From NCBI GenBank assembly GCA_964580755.1, contig CAZOMO010000008.1, positions 16,875-80,874 of the forward strand: a DNA stretch of 64,000 bases, in the 5' to 3' direction. Within the stretch, counting starts at the first letter, position 1. Each line of letters starts with the position of its first letter. The notes beneath the pieces are model-generated. The model was given only the letters and a program-made list of their open reading frames with translations. It did not search any database and was not told the origin of the DNA. Of this stretch, positions 42,832 through 53,126 are shown piece by piece. Both the position numbers and the translations under genes were made by a program. Source of the DNA: an uncultured Ignavibacterium sp. (GTDB taxonomy: Bacteria > Bacteroidota > Ignavibacteria > Ignavibacteriales > Ignavibacteriaceae).

Positions 42832-44517
42832 CTAAATTTTAAGAGTAGATTTTGAATTTGCAGATTTTAATTGCGCACCAAGTTCACCAAGCACATCATA
42901 GTCTAATCCTTTGAATGCTTCAATAGAGTTTGCAATATCAAGAAAGACTTCTTCAGCCATACCGTATTTCATTTTTTGACCCATTGCAGAAGCCAAACCT
43001 GTTAAAATTTTCCAGCTTGATCTTGCATCGAAATGTTTGCCCTGTGCCCAACGGTCAAATTTGGTTCCGAATTTATCCAATCGGCTCATTGACATTCCTT
43101 CCAATGCACGGTCAACATCCAATGTAGCAACTGCCGGACGAATCCGTTGAACTCTTCCAGCAAAGTTTACAAATGTTCCATTCTTTTCTGCGTAGGTTGC
43201 GGCAGGAAAAACAATATCGGCAAGTACGGTTGTCTTATTAAAATTAGTTGCATTAACAATCAGCAAATCTAATTTAGATAAAAGATTTTCTATTTCAGGA
43301 TTAGTGTTTAAGATATCATCTTCCAAAACATAAAGCGCTTTTATTTTACCTTCGCGCATACCTTTAATTATTCCATTATAATCCAGACCATTTTTAGAAG
43401 GTGCAACACCTGCTAACTCAGCTCCTTTTGTATTTGGAGTGATGTCTTCAACTTTTAAAATGTCATCACCAAAAGCAGGATCAATATGGCGAACGAAATC
43501 CAAATTACCTGTACCGATAACCGATTTGGCAAATTTGGCTGCAATAAAATTATCTTCAACAGTTGCATAAGGCGAGCCAATCACAGCAATTTCATCCTTG
43601 CCAAAAGATTTTAATTGCGATGCTGCTTTTGCAAATGCTTCATCCCAGCCAACTCTTAACAGTTCACCTTCAACCCGAATATGAGGACCATCAACTCTGT
43701 CATTTGCATTAACAAATTTAAAAGTATTTAATCTTCCGTGATCGCACATCCAATAGCTGTTTACATCTTCATTATATTTTGGAACTAATCTTAACACTTC
43801 ATTATTTCTTACCCATAGTTCGATATTACATCCGCGGGCACAGCCGACACAAACTGAATTTGTGCTGGACATATCCCAAACCCGGGCTTTAAATCTAAAA
43901 TCACGATTAGTTAATGCACCAACCGGACAGATATCAACAACGTTCATTGAATAAGGATTATCAAGCTCCTGCCCCGGAAAAGTTGTAAGGGTAACTCTAT
44001 CACCCCGTTTAGTAAATGTAAGTTCAGGGTCTTTGGCGATTTCATCACAAAAGCGGATACAACGTGAACACAAAATGCAACGTTCAACATCAAGCATTAT
44101 ATTTGGACCAACCGGAATGCGTTTACCTTTATGCCATTTTTCTTCAACAAATCTGCTTTCGCCCGTACTATGCTTATAGGCGTAATCCTGCAATTTGCAT
44201 TCACCTGCCTCATCACATATCGGGCAATCAAGCGGGTGATTTATAAGGAAAAACTCCATAACAGCGTTGCGTGCCGCAAGTGATTTTTCAGATTCTGTAT
44301 GAACAACCATCCCTTCTGATGCAACTGTTGCACAGGCAATAACAAGTTTCGGCATTCTTTCAACTTCAACCAAACACATCCTGCAATTACCTGATACGGA
44401 TAATTTAGGATGCCAGCAAAAATGCGGAATCTCAATTCCGTGATCTTTTGCTGCTTCCATAACTGTTTGACCTTGTTTAAACTCAATTTCTTTTCCATCA
44501 ATATTAATTTTAGGCAT
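42832..44517 (-). CDS. nuoG: NADH-quinone oxidoreductase subunit G (short form)
   Basis: 2Fe-2S N-terminus (CWHPKLSVSGNCRMCLVE), HPLDCPICDEAGEC, CILCSRCIRFC, and a molybdopterin-oxidoreductase-like remainder. Confidence 0.88.
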   Translation of the reverse strand: MPKINIDGKEIEFKQGQTVMEAAKDHGIEIPHFCWHPKLSVSGNCRMCLVEVERMPKLVIACATVASEGMVVHTESEKSLAARNAVMEFFLINHPLDCPICDEAGECKLQDYAYKHSTGESRFVEEKWHKGKRIPVGPNIMLDVERCILCSRCIRFCDEIAKDPELTFTKRGDRVTLTTFPGQELDNPYSMNVVDICPVGALTNRDFRFKARVWDMSSTNSVCVGCARGCNIELWVRNNEVLRLVPKYNEDVNSYWMCDHGRLNTFKFVNANDRVDGPHIRVEGELLRVGWDEAFAKAASQLKSFGKDEIAVIGSPYATVEDNFIAAKFAKSVIGTGNLDFVRHIDPAFGDDILKVEDITPNTKGAELAGVAPSKNGLDYNGIIKGMREGKIKALYVLEDDILNTNPEIENLLSKLDLLIVNATNFNKTTVLADIVFPAATYAEKNGTFVNFAGRVQRIRPAVATLDVDRALEGMSMSRLDKFGTKFDRWAQGKHFDARSSWKILTGLASAMGQKMKYGMAEEVFLDIANSIEAFKGLDYDVLGELGAQLKSANSKSTLKI

Positions 44518-44534
44518 AATCTACTCTGAAATTT

Positions 44535-45785
44535 TTAAGCTGCTTTATTTATTAAATTATCTTTTGAACAAATTACTATTCTGCTTAAGATATTTTCATT
44601 AAAAACTTCTTTTGAAAGTTTTAACAAATCTTCTGCAGTAACAGAATCTATTTTAATAAGCAAATCTTCAATCGGCATTACTTTACCATAATGTAAAATT
44701 GAATTTGCTAACCGGATCATTCTGTTTGTTGTATTTTCAAGGCTCATCAACGTATTGCCTTTTATGTATTCTTTAACACGGTTTAATTCTTTCGGTTTAA
44801 CTTCAGCAGTTCTGAGTTTGTTAAACTCCCGAATTACAATATCGTTAACCTTACCTGACTGCTTTTCATTTGTGGAATAATAAACACCAAATGCGGAAAC
44901 ATCAAGATAAGAATTAAGGAATGAATTTATCTGATAAGTCATTCCGAGTTTTTCTCTTACAGCCTGAAATAAACGCGATGAGCTTCCGTCACCCAGTAAA
45001 GTAGAAAGGACTTTCAGTTTGTGTCGCTTGATATTATTAAATCCGTAGGTTGTTGTTCCAATAATTGAGTGAACCTGATTAATTTCTTTTTTTATAACTG
45101 AATTATTAATACCCGGTTTAATAAAATTTTTTCTCTTTTGGTTTGATGCGTTTGTTTTTCCGGCAAAATATTTTTCTGCAAGTTTTACAACTTCATCATG
45201 CTGGACAGAACCCGAAACAGAAATTAAAAGATTATCCAACCGATAATTTGTATTATGAAATTCATGTAAATTATATGAATTAAACATACGAATATTTTTT
45301 TCAGTTCCAATTATGGGATAACTTAATGAGTGCCCGTTAAAAATACCTTCTTCAAACTTATCAAAAATTAATTCTTCCGGATTATCATCAATATCTTTTA
45401 ACTCATCAATTACAACACCTGCCTCTTTTTTGATATGAGAATCTTTGAACAATGGATTTTTTATCATATCCGAAAGCACAATAAAAGTTTTCTTAAAGTT
45501 TTCAGATAAACCCCTGCCGTAATAACAAGTTTGTTCTTTGGAAGTGAAAGCGTTCAGATAGCCGCCGTAAGATTCGATCTCATCAGAAATCTGTTTTGCA
45601 GTACGGGATTTTGTTCCCTTAAATAACATGTGTTCTATAAAATGTGATATTCCATTATTATTTAAATTCTCATCACGTGCGCCAACATTAAACCAAAATC
45701 CAAGTGAAAATGATCTTAAATAAGGAATGAATTCCGATACGATCTTTACACCGTTTGAAAGAGTCGTTACTTTACAATTATCCAC
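44535..45785 (-). CDS. M16 family zinc peptidase
   Basis: Inverted zinc motif HFIEHMLFKG. GTG start at 45783-45785. Confidence 0.88.
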   Translation of the reverse strand: MDNCKVTTLSNGVKIVSEFIPYLRSFSLGFWFNVGARDENLNNNGISHFIEHMLFKGTKSRTAKQISDEIESYGGYLNAFTSKEQTCYYGRGLSENFKKTFIVLSDMIKNPLFKDSHIKKEAGVVIDELKDIDDNPEELIFDKFEEGIFNGHSLSYPIIGTEKNIRMFNSYNLHEFHNTNYRLDNLLISVSGSVQHDEVVKLAEKYFAGKTNASNQKRKNFIKPGINNSVIKKEINQVHSIIGTTTYGFNNIKRHKLKVLSTLLGDGSSSRLFQAVREKLGMTYQINSFLNSYLDVSAFGVYYSTNEKQSGKVNDIVIREFNKLRTAEVKPKELNRVKEYIKGNTLMSLENTTNRMIRLANSILHYGKVMPIEDLLIKIDSVTAEDLLKLSKEVFNENILSRIVICSKDNLINKAA

Positions 45786-45991
45786 AATTCCGTCTATTAA
45801 TAATGAATTAAATGAGGTTCAAATATAGATAAAGACCCTTAGTCTTTCAAGGAAAGAAAACAAAGAAAAAAAATAACAGTAAACCATTTTTTGAAACAAA
45901 TTTAAATCCAATATAATATGAGATACTTTGATAAACTGCTTTTTGTCATCAGTGCTTTTGTGATAAATACTGGAAAGGAATAACACAAAGC

Positions 45992-46029
45992 ATTGGCTTT
46001 AGCCTAAAAGGAATTTGACTAAAGCCAAT
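45992..46029. terminator. 11-bp perfect-stem hairpin, possible bidirectional terminator downstream of the aminotransferase gene
   Basis: ATTGGCTTTAG (45992-46002) pairs with CTAAAGCCAAT (46019-46029) around a 16-nt loop. Flanks are T-rich on both strands but there is no clean U-tract. Confidence 0.4.
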
Positions 46030-46136
46030 TTATGATATTATTATTAATCAGTCTAACCAAAAAGTTCTTCAGAACAGAAGATTAAAGAATACTTTTTAAA
46101 AGTTATAATAACCTAATTTTAACTTAAGAAAATTTA

Positions 46137-47354
46137 TTATTCTCTTATGTCAGGAAATTTTTCCTGATACTTAACAAAAAATTCACCAATTGCTTTATAA
46201 GCTTTTTCAAGGATCTGTTCGTTTGGTAAAAACACAACTCTAAAATGTTTAGTACCAGGCACCTGTCCAAATCCACTGCCCGGAACAACCACAACGCCGG
46301 TTTCTTTAATCAGCTCAGAAACAAAATGAGCATCCGGCTGTTTCATTTCCAGTTTCGGAAAAGCATAAAAAGCGCCTTCAGGTTTTACACAGCTTATACC
46401 GGGAATATCATTTAACATTTCAACTGTTAAATCTCTGCGTCTGGTAAGTTTTTTCATTCCTTCGGTAAGATGATCATGATTTCCTTCGAGCGATGGTTTT
46501 ATTCCATATTGCTCAGGATGATTTGCAGATAATCTTGCGCGTAAAATTTTATTAATTGCTTCAATGTAGTCCGCAAGAAATTCTTTTCTGCCGCTTACAA
46601 TACCCCAGCCGATTCTAAAACCCGGAACCATATAATTTTTTGATAATCCACCGAAAGTAACACAGCTTACGTCTTTATTTAACGACCCAATTGAAATTTG
46701 CTTTTTACCATCAAATAAAAGTTTATCATAAATCTCATCTGCAAAAATTACAAGATTATGTTCAAGAGCTAAATCAACAATCTGCTGCAAATTTTCTTTT
46801 GTGTAAATTGAACCGGTCGGATTATTTGGATTGATAAGAATAATTCCTTTTGTCTTATCATTAATTTTTGATTTTATATCTTCAATATCAGGCAGCCATC
46901 CGTTTTTTTCGTTCAGATAGTAAGGATTTTCCATCATCTGAAGTTTGCTTGATATTGCAGTATAAAGCGGATAACCTGGGGTTGGTGTAAGCACATTTTC
47001 ACCATCATTTACAAGTGCAGTTAAACAGATTTCAATTGCTTCACTTGCACCGGTTGTAACAAAAATATCATGGACATTTGTAATTCCTTTTCGTTCTGCT
47101 TCAGCTTCAATTGCCTTTACAGCCTCTGCGATACCTGATGAAGGAGCATAGCCATTTAAGTTTTTTAACATTGCCTGATATGTTGCATCAATAAGATGTT
47201 TTGGCGGAACAAAATCATAAAGATTTGGATCACCAATATTTAAATACAACATTTCTTTACCTGATTTTGCGACCTGATTTGCAAGAACTACAATATCTCT
47301 TACTGCATAAGTGATATTATTTGTCCTTACTGCCGGGACAATTTTTGATAACAT
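46137..47354 (-). CDS. Class I/II PLP-dependent aminotransferase (AlaA/AspC-like)
   Basis: PLP-lysine context GLSKNYMVPGFRIGW; typical length. Confidence 0.9.
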   Translation of the reverse strand: MLSKIVPAVRTNNITYAVRDIVVLANQVAKSGKEMLYLNIGDPNLYDFVPPKHLIDATYQAMLKNLNGYAPSSGIAEAVKAIEAEAERKGITNVHDIFVTTGASEAIEICLTALVNDGENVLTPTPGYPLYTAISSKLQMMENPYYLNEKNGWLPDIEDIKSKINDKTKGIILINPNNPTGSIYTKENLQQIVDLALEHNLVIFADEIYDKLLFDGKKQISIGSLNKDVSCVTFGGLSKNYMVPGFRIGWGIVSGRKEFLADYIEAINKILRARLSANHPEQYGIKPSLEGNHDHLTEGMKKLTRRRDLTVEMLNDIPGISCVKPEGAFYAFPKLEMKQPDAHFVSELIKETGVVVVPGSGFGQVPGTKHFRVVFLPNEQILEKAYKAIGEFFVKYQEKFPDIRE

Positions 47355-47449
47355 AATTTTTTTCTCCGAATATTCTTTTAATTACTTCTCAAACTTAACA
47401 ATTTTTTTAAGATTAGCGGAAGCATTTAAATATATCCACAAAAATAAAC

Positions 47450-47477
47450 TTCAATTTAAATGTTAAAATGATATAAT
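47450..47477 (+). promoter_or_regulatory. Possible sigma70-type promoter with extended -10 for the serine hydrolase gene
   Basis: TTCAAT (47450-47455), 16-nt spacer, TGaTATAAT (47469-47477), followed by a 7-bp hairpin ATTCCTG/CAGGAAT at 47500-47519. Motif match only; the promoter rules of this organism are unknown. Confidence 0.3.
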
Positions 47478-47590
47478 GTGACAAGCGCATTTTTCTGTAA
47501 TTCCTGCAAAATCAGGAATCCACCTTTCATAAACAAGATGACATCATAATAACTTTTTATTAATTTAACTTAACATTTTAAAAAGGAAAT

Positions 47591-49114
47591 ATGATGAGAA
47601 AGATATCCTTGCTCGTTTCAGTTTTTGCAATTGTAAATTACAGTTTGTTTTCACAAGAGCTGCCGGTTTTTATATCAGACAGTCTTGATAATTATATTAA
47701 TCGTGGATTGGAACAATGGCAGATTCCGGGTGCGGCTGTACTGATTGTAAAAGATGGAAAAGTTGTTGTTGAAAAAGGTTACGGCGTTAGAGAGTTTGGT
47801 AAAAATGAAAAAGTAGATGAAAATACTTTGTTTATGATCGGCTCCAATACAAAAGCTTTTACCGGTACGGCTATGGCTTTGCTTGAATACGATGGCAAAA
47901 TAAAACTTGAGGATAAAGTAATTAAATATTTAACTGATTTTAAAATGAACGATAACTGGATAACACAGCATTTAAACATTGTTGATCTTCTTACGCACAG
48001 AATGGGAATGGAAACTTTTCAGGGTGATTTTATTTACTGGGCATCTGATCTTAATGCAGATGAAGTTATTGAAAAATTTGGCGAGCTTACACCGAAATAT
48101 GATTTTAGAACCAAATACGGTTATACAAATGCCGGTTATACTGTTGCAGGAAAAATAATTGAAAAAGTATCGGGCTTAAAGTGGGAAGATTATCTTAAAG
48201 AAAAAATATTCCTTCCCTTAAATATGTCCCGAACAGTTGCACTTTCTGTGGATTATCCACAAGCAAGCAACATAACAAAACCTCATACCTTTGTTGATGG
48301 AAAGATAACTGTTCTGCCTTATGATAATATTGATAATTTAGCTCCATGCGGAAGTATCGGCTCTTCGGTTAAGGATTTAAGTCGTTGGCTGATTGCTCAG
48401 TTAGATAGCGGCAAATACCAGGATGAAATTGCATTACCTTTTGATGTAATTAAAAGAACCAGAAAACCTGAAACTATTATCGGCAGAGTAAGACATCCTT
48501 TTAATGAAGGTCATTTTAATCTGTACGGATTAGGATGGGTTTTAACAGATTATGAAGGAACTGAAATTGTATCGCATACAGGCGGTGTAAATGGATTTGT
48601 TACTTCTGTAACTCTTTTACCTGAAGAAAATCTCGGTATTGTTGTCTTAACTAATTCAGATCAGAACTCGTTTTATCAATTACTAAAATGGGAAATTATT
48701 GATGCGTACTTACGCCTTCCTTACAGAAATTACAGCGATGTTTTTTATCAGCAGTCTTTAGAACAAAAAGAAGAAAGTGAAAAACTGCTTGCCGCATTAA
48801 AAGATTCTGTTTCTTTGGATTTAAAACCTGAGCTGCCGCTAACCGAATTTACAGGAAAATATGAAAATGATCCATACGGTTTTGCTGAATTGATTGTAAA
48901 AGGAAATGCTCTTGAATTAAGTCTTAAGCATCATTCAAAACTGAAAGGTAAACTTGAGTACATAGGAAACAATCGTTTTCTTTGTACATATTCTGACCCG
49001 ACATACGGAATAAAAGTTTTTCCTTTTGATATTGAAAACGGTAAAGTAAAATTCTTCAATTTATACGTGGAAGAATTTCTTGATTTTCAACCCTACAAGT
49101 TTGTGAAAAAATAG
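47591..49114 (+). CDS. Serine hydrolase, class C beta-lactamase/PBP-like family, secreted
   Basis: Signal peptide, SxxK (GSNTKAF), YxN (YTNAGY). AAAGGA lies upstream of the ATG. Confidence 0.85.
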   Translation: MMRKISLLVSVFAIVNYSLFSQELPVFISDSLDNYINRGLEQWQIPGAAVLIVKDGKVVVEKGYGVREFGKNEKVDENTLFMIGSNTKAFTGTAMALLEYDGKIKLEDKVIKYLTDFKMNDNWITQHLNIVDLLTHRMGMETFQGDFIYWASDLNADEVIEKFGELTPKYDFRTKYGYTNAGYTVAGKIIEKVSGLKWEDYLKEKIFLPLNMSRTVALSVDYPQASNITKPHTFVDGKITVLPYDNIDNLAPCGSIGSSVKDLSRWLIAQLDSGKYQDEIALPFDVIKRTRKPETIIGRVRHPFNEGHFNLYGLGWVLTDYEGTEIVSHTGGVNGFVTSVTLLPEENLGIVVLTNSDQNSFYQLLKWEIIDAYLRLPYRNYSDVFYQQSLEQKEESEKLLAALKDSVSLDLKPELPLTEFTGKYENDPYGFAELIVKGNALELSLKHHSKLKGKLEYIGNNRFLCTYSDPTYGIKVFPFDIENGKVKFFNLYVEEFLDFQPYKFVKK

Positions 49115-49305
49115 ACAACAGCGGGTTGTAAGTTGAAAGTGGTTAGTTGTCGTTCGATTTAAATTAGTGTTTATATTGATGAGTTTCTTCTGATGTTTAA
49201 TGTTCAATTAACCACAGATTCACGCAGATAAGTTAAATTTTAATTATGCGTTAAACTTGAAATCTTTCTTCTCGTATATCAATTCTCTTTTTTCATCTTT
49301 CTTCC

Positions 49306-50209
49306 AGTGTAAAGATTAGAGAATAGATAAACTATTAATAAATTAGAAAATGGAAACAAAACCAATCATACTATACGAAAAAGAGCTGGAAGCATTCACA
49401 ACGATAAGCCGTTCACAAAAAGCCAAAGTAATAGAGACCGCCTGATCAAAAGCTGAGAATGGCTTTACAAATTGTTCACCAAGACGAATAGCAAAAGAAG
49501 CAGGTATAAGCCAAACAAAGGTGCAGAATATATTATCACAAGCAGATTTGAAATCACACAATACAGATTATTGGTGTGGAAAGAGTCCTGATCCAGATTT
49601 TGAGACTAAGATGACTGAAATAGCAGGACTCTATATAAATACACCAGAGAACGCATTGGTTTTATGTGTTGATGAAAAGACACAAATACAAGCTATGGAT
49701 AAAACACAACCAGAACTTCCAATGATAAGTAGAAATGCAAAGCGCCAAATAACAACGTATAAAAAAATGGGGTGTTTCATTGATCGCTGCATTATCAGTA
49801 CATCAGGGAGAAATTACAGCTAAACCAATTAAAACAAATAATGTCATAAATTTTCTTGGTTTCTTAAAGAGTCTTGAAAAAAATACAGTAAAAAGAATTT
49901 ACATATCATCGCAAATAATTTATCTGTTCACAGGCATAAAAATGTAAAGCAATGGTTATCAAAAAAGGAAAACATCAAGATTCATTATACTCCAACATAT
50001 TCTTCTTGGCTTAATCAGATTGAAATATAGTTTAATATTTTAACTAAGGATGTTCTTAAAGGTGGTATCTGGAAATCAAAACAACAACTGACCGGACAAA
50101 TTATTGATTATATTAAAACTTATAATTTCACAAGGGCTAAATCTTTCCAATGGACTTATAGTGATAAAGTTCTAAAACTATAGTCTATGTTCTTTAAAAT
50201 CTTTACACT
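49306..50209 (+). mobile_element. Decayed IS630-family insertion sequence
   Basis: Terminal inverted repeats AGTGTAAAGATT (49306-49317) and AATCTTTACACT (50198-50209), perfect for 12 bp and weaker further inward, enclosing a disrupted DDE_3-type transposase reading frame. Confidence 0.8.
49350..50183 (+). pseudogene. IS630-family transposase pseudogene
   Basis: Recognisable pieces: VLCVDEKTQIQAMDKTQPELP, GVSLIAALSVHQGEITAKP, NVKQWLSKKENIKIHYTPTYSSWLNQIE, FQWTY. Lesions by my reading: in-frame TGA at 49443-49445, two frameshifts (near 49770 and 49895) and an in-frame TAG at 50028-50030. The HTH region looks shortened. Confidence 0.85.
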
Positions 50210-50667
50210 AAGTGAGTACAACTGTTTATATTCTTGTTATGTTTGTCTGTCCCAGATTTATCTACTGCTTTGTTAAATAAGTTTCTGCTTATTTGCTGCA
50301 TTATTTGACTGTAAAGTGTTAGATTTATCATTGATCCTCCGATATTGTTTGATTTTTTTTTGTTCAATCTAATTTATCAACTTTATTTGAAGGATCCTTT
50401 TTTTATTTGTTTTGGATAGATATGGATGTTCAACGAAAACCATATTGGTACTAAAATCAAGTTGTAGGTTTTATTTATGTTGTCTCTATTATTTCAACCT
50501 GTTTCTTTTTCAAACGATAACAATTAATTCTTTCACTATTATCAATTATTTTTTTTCTTCCTTTCTTTTTCAATTTCAAAACTTATTGAAAATTTTTTAG
50601 AATATTTGGAGTGGCATTTTAAATGCTTGATTATCTGACTTAGATTATTATCTTTTTAAGGATTTAA

Positions 50668-52110
50668 ATGAGCGAACTGTCAAATTTTTTCTTCCAAAAA
50701 TTAAAAGAATATTCCAATCAACCTGCATTGATTGATACTACAGCTAATAAATCCATTACTTATGATTTACTTGATAATGAATCAGAAAACCTTGCTAAAG
50801 AAATAATACTGCAAGAAAAAGGATTAATATTTTTATTCACCACAAATAATTACGAATCAATTATTGCATATTTAGCTGCGTTGAAATCCGAGAATGCGGT
50901 TTTACTTCTTGATGAGAAATTAAATAATGAAATACGATTAGACCTTATAAATAATTATCAGCCTGATTTTATTATTACCGCAAACAATACCGCAACAGAT
51001 ACTTATAAAAATTATACTACATACGGCGTATTAAATATTTATAAGAATAATAATCAAAGGTCTGTCAAAATATTTTCTGACTTAGCTGTTTTACTTTCAA
51101 CTTCAGGCACAACAGGCTCCCCAAAACTTGTAAAACTTGCATATAAGAATATCCAGTCAAATGCAGAATCTATTGTAGAGTATTTAGAAATTGATGAGAA
51201 TGAAAGACCAATCACTACCCTGCCTTTAAGTTATTCTTATGGACTATCGGTTATAAATAGTCATCTGCTGAAAGGTGCTGCAATAATCTTAACAGATCAA
51301 ACTGTCTTCTTCAGGGATTTTTGGAATACGTTCAATGAATATAAATGTACATCGTTTGCGGGCGTGCCGTACACTTATACAATGTTAAAAAGAATTAACT
51401 TTGACAAGATTGAACTTCCGACTTTAAAATATTTTACACAGGCTGGAGGTAAATTAAGCGAAGAATTTATAAAACATTTTGCAGATTATGCACGGCAGAA
51501 GAATATAAAATTTTTTGTAATGTACGGTCAGACAGAAGCTACTGCACGAATAACCTATGTGCCCGCTGAAAAGCTTAAAAATAAAATTGGTTCAATTGGT
51601 ATTTCTATTCCCGGCGGTATTTTGAAAATAATGAATGATGGTGCTGAGATAACAACCCCAAATGTGATTGGAGAAATAGTTTACAGCGGCGATAATGTTA
51701 TGCTTGGTTATGCTGAAATACAGTCCGATTTATCAAAAGGTGATGAATTAAAAGGAACTCTTTTTACAGGTGATCTTGGCTATAAAGATCAGGATGGATT
51801 TTTTTATGTAACCGGAAGAATGAAAAGGTTTATTAAAATTTTTGGTTTAAGAATTAATTTAGATGAAGTTCAAAAGATGATTGAAAATCATTTTAAAATT
51901 TCCGTTGCCTGCACAGGTAAAGATGAGCTTTTAAAAATATTAGTTCATGCGGATGATCATCTAACGGAAGTTAGTGTAAAGAATGAAGTAATGAAAATGT
52001 ATAAGCTTGGTTTTAAATCTGTTGTTGTAAAATCAACAAATCAAATTCCGACAAACACTTCAGGTAAATATGACTACAACAGAATTAATCAAATGTTTGA
52101 TGACAATTAA
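50668..52110 (+). CDS. Adenylate-forming (AMP-binding) enzyme, acyl- or aminoacyl-carrier-protein ligase candidate
   Basis: LLSTSGTTGSPKLV core motif, YGQTEA, GDLGYKDQDGFFYVTGR, C-terminal SGK. AAGGA SD upstream. Confidence 0.85.
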   Translation: MSELSNFFFQKLKEYSNQPALIDTTANKSITYDLLDNESENLAKEIILQEKGLIFLFTTNNYESIIAYLAALKSENAVLLLDEKLNNEIRLDLINNYQPDFIITANNTATDTYKNYTTYGVLNIYKNNNQRSVKIFSDLAVLLSTSGTTGSPKLVKLAYKNIQSNAESIVEYLEIDENERPITTLPLSYSYGLSVINSHLLKGAAIILTDQTVFFRDFWNTFNEYKCTSFAGVPYTYTMLKRINFDKIELPTLKYFTQAGGKLSEEFIKHFADYARQKNIKFFVMYGQTEATARITYVPAEKLKNKIGSIGISIPGGILKIMNDGAEITTPNVIGEIVYSGDNVMLGYAEIQSDLSKGDELKGTLFTGDLGYKDQDGFFYVTGRMKRFIKIFGLRINLDEVQKMIENHFKISVACTGKDELLKILVHADDHLTEVSVKNEVMKMYKLGFKSVVVKSTNQIPTNTSGKYDYNRINQMFDDN

Positions 52111-52140
52111 ACACATTCAAAATATTTCTCTTTAATAAAC

Positions 52141-53109
52141 TTAATCCAAAGAAAGAGGTTCGCGTCTTAAATATTCAGTAGTCTGAATTTTTTGGCGCAA
52201 ATCATTTATTACAACTTCAACCTGATTTTTAGACATATTTAATACACTTGCAATTTTTTCAGGTGCAACACCTTTTTCCCAGCCATCCCAAATACGATCC
52301 ATAATTTCAAAAGGCATCTTGTAAAAAAACTCTTCCTGAGTTTGCTCTGCACTGTAAGTATCTGTTGTTGGTGTACGCTTTCTAATACTTTCAGGCACTT
52401 CAAGAAATTCTGCTAACTGATAAACCTGTGTTTTAAACAAATGAACAATTGGTTTTATATCAGCGCCCCCATCACCATATTTAACAAAGAAACCCTGTTC
52501 ATGTTCGTTTTTATTTCCGGTTCCGATTACTGCATAATTTTTAGACTCAGCGTGATAATAAAGCATATTGGTTCTGCTGCGCTGTTTAAAATTTGAAGCC
52601 GCAACTATTTGCAGATATTCTGCTAAAGGTATTCGCTTGGATTTTTCTGAACCATCAGGTGCAATTATAGTAAGATAAAACAAATTTAATTTACCAACAG
52701 CTTCCTGATCAGCTTTAAGAACAATTTTCATTTTATATGATTTAGGATCATATTCCGGAAAGACCCGTTTAACAGCTTCATCTCTTCTTCGATAGCAGCC
52801 AAAACCATTTACAGCATCAGTTATATCTTCAACTACATAAGGAACTTTAAATTCCTCACATAACTCAACCGCAAGTTCTTTACTTTCAGGACTTGAGTCT
52901 TTCTCCGGCATGATTAATGCAAAAACTTTTTCAGGTCCAAATGTTTTTGCACAAAGTGCAAGCACAACTGATGAATCAATTCCGCCGCTTACACCAACAA
53001 CAGCACCGCGTTTTTTAAGTTTAAAAGCAATGCTTTCTTTTAAAGCTGCAGATAATCTTTCGGTCTCTGTTTTGGCATCCAAATAAATTGTATTCATTGT
53101 AAAATCCAT
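52141..53109 (-). CDS. nadE: NAD synthetase (NadE) family PP-loop amidoligase, no glutaminase domain
   Basis: PP-loop VGVSGGIDSSV, later GTGNKNEHEQGFFVKYGDGGADIKP. GGAGAT SD. 17 nt downstream of the AsnB-family gene. Confidence 0.8.
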   Translation of the reverse strand: MDFTMNTIYLDAKTETERLSAALKESIAFKLKKRGAVVGVSGGIDSSVVLALCAKTFGPEKVFALIMPEKDSSPESKELAVELCEEFKVPYVVEDITDAVNGFGCYRRRDEAVKRVFPEYDPKSYKMKIVLKADQEAVGKLNLFYLTIIAPDGSEKSKRIPLAEYLQIVAASNFKQRSRTNMLYYHAESKNYAVIGTGNKNEHEQGFFVKYGDGGADIKPIVHLFKTQVYQLAEFLEVPESIRKRTPTTDTYSAEQTQEEFFYKMPFEIMDRIWDGWEKGVAPEKIASVLNMSKNQVEVVINDLRQKIQTTEYLRREPLSLD

Positions 53110-53126
53110 TACATCTCCAAAAATTT

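Noticed and set aside
49343-49823. Track ORFs 49343..49561 (-) and 49521..49823 (+) as independent genes
   Set aside because: The plus-strand ORF is one fragment of the disrupted IS630 transposase frame, and the minus-strand ORF is its antisense shadow.
50203-50331. A 42-codon minus-strand ORF (MINLTLYSQIMQQISRNLFNKAVDK...) preceded by GGAGGA and ending inside the right IS end, as a gene truncated by the IS insertion
   Set aside because: Joining the flanks across the IS adds only a few codons before another stop, so no substantial disrupted gene can be reconstructed. It has no recognisable motif. It is kept only as a note.
50412-50600. A 62-aa plus-strand ORF just upstream of the adenylating-enzyme gene
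   Set aside because: It has low-complexity Phe/Leu/Ile-rich composition typical of translated AT-rich spacer, with no SD and no motif.
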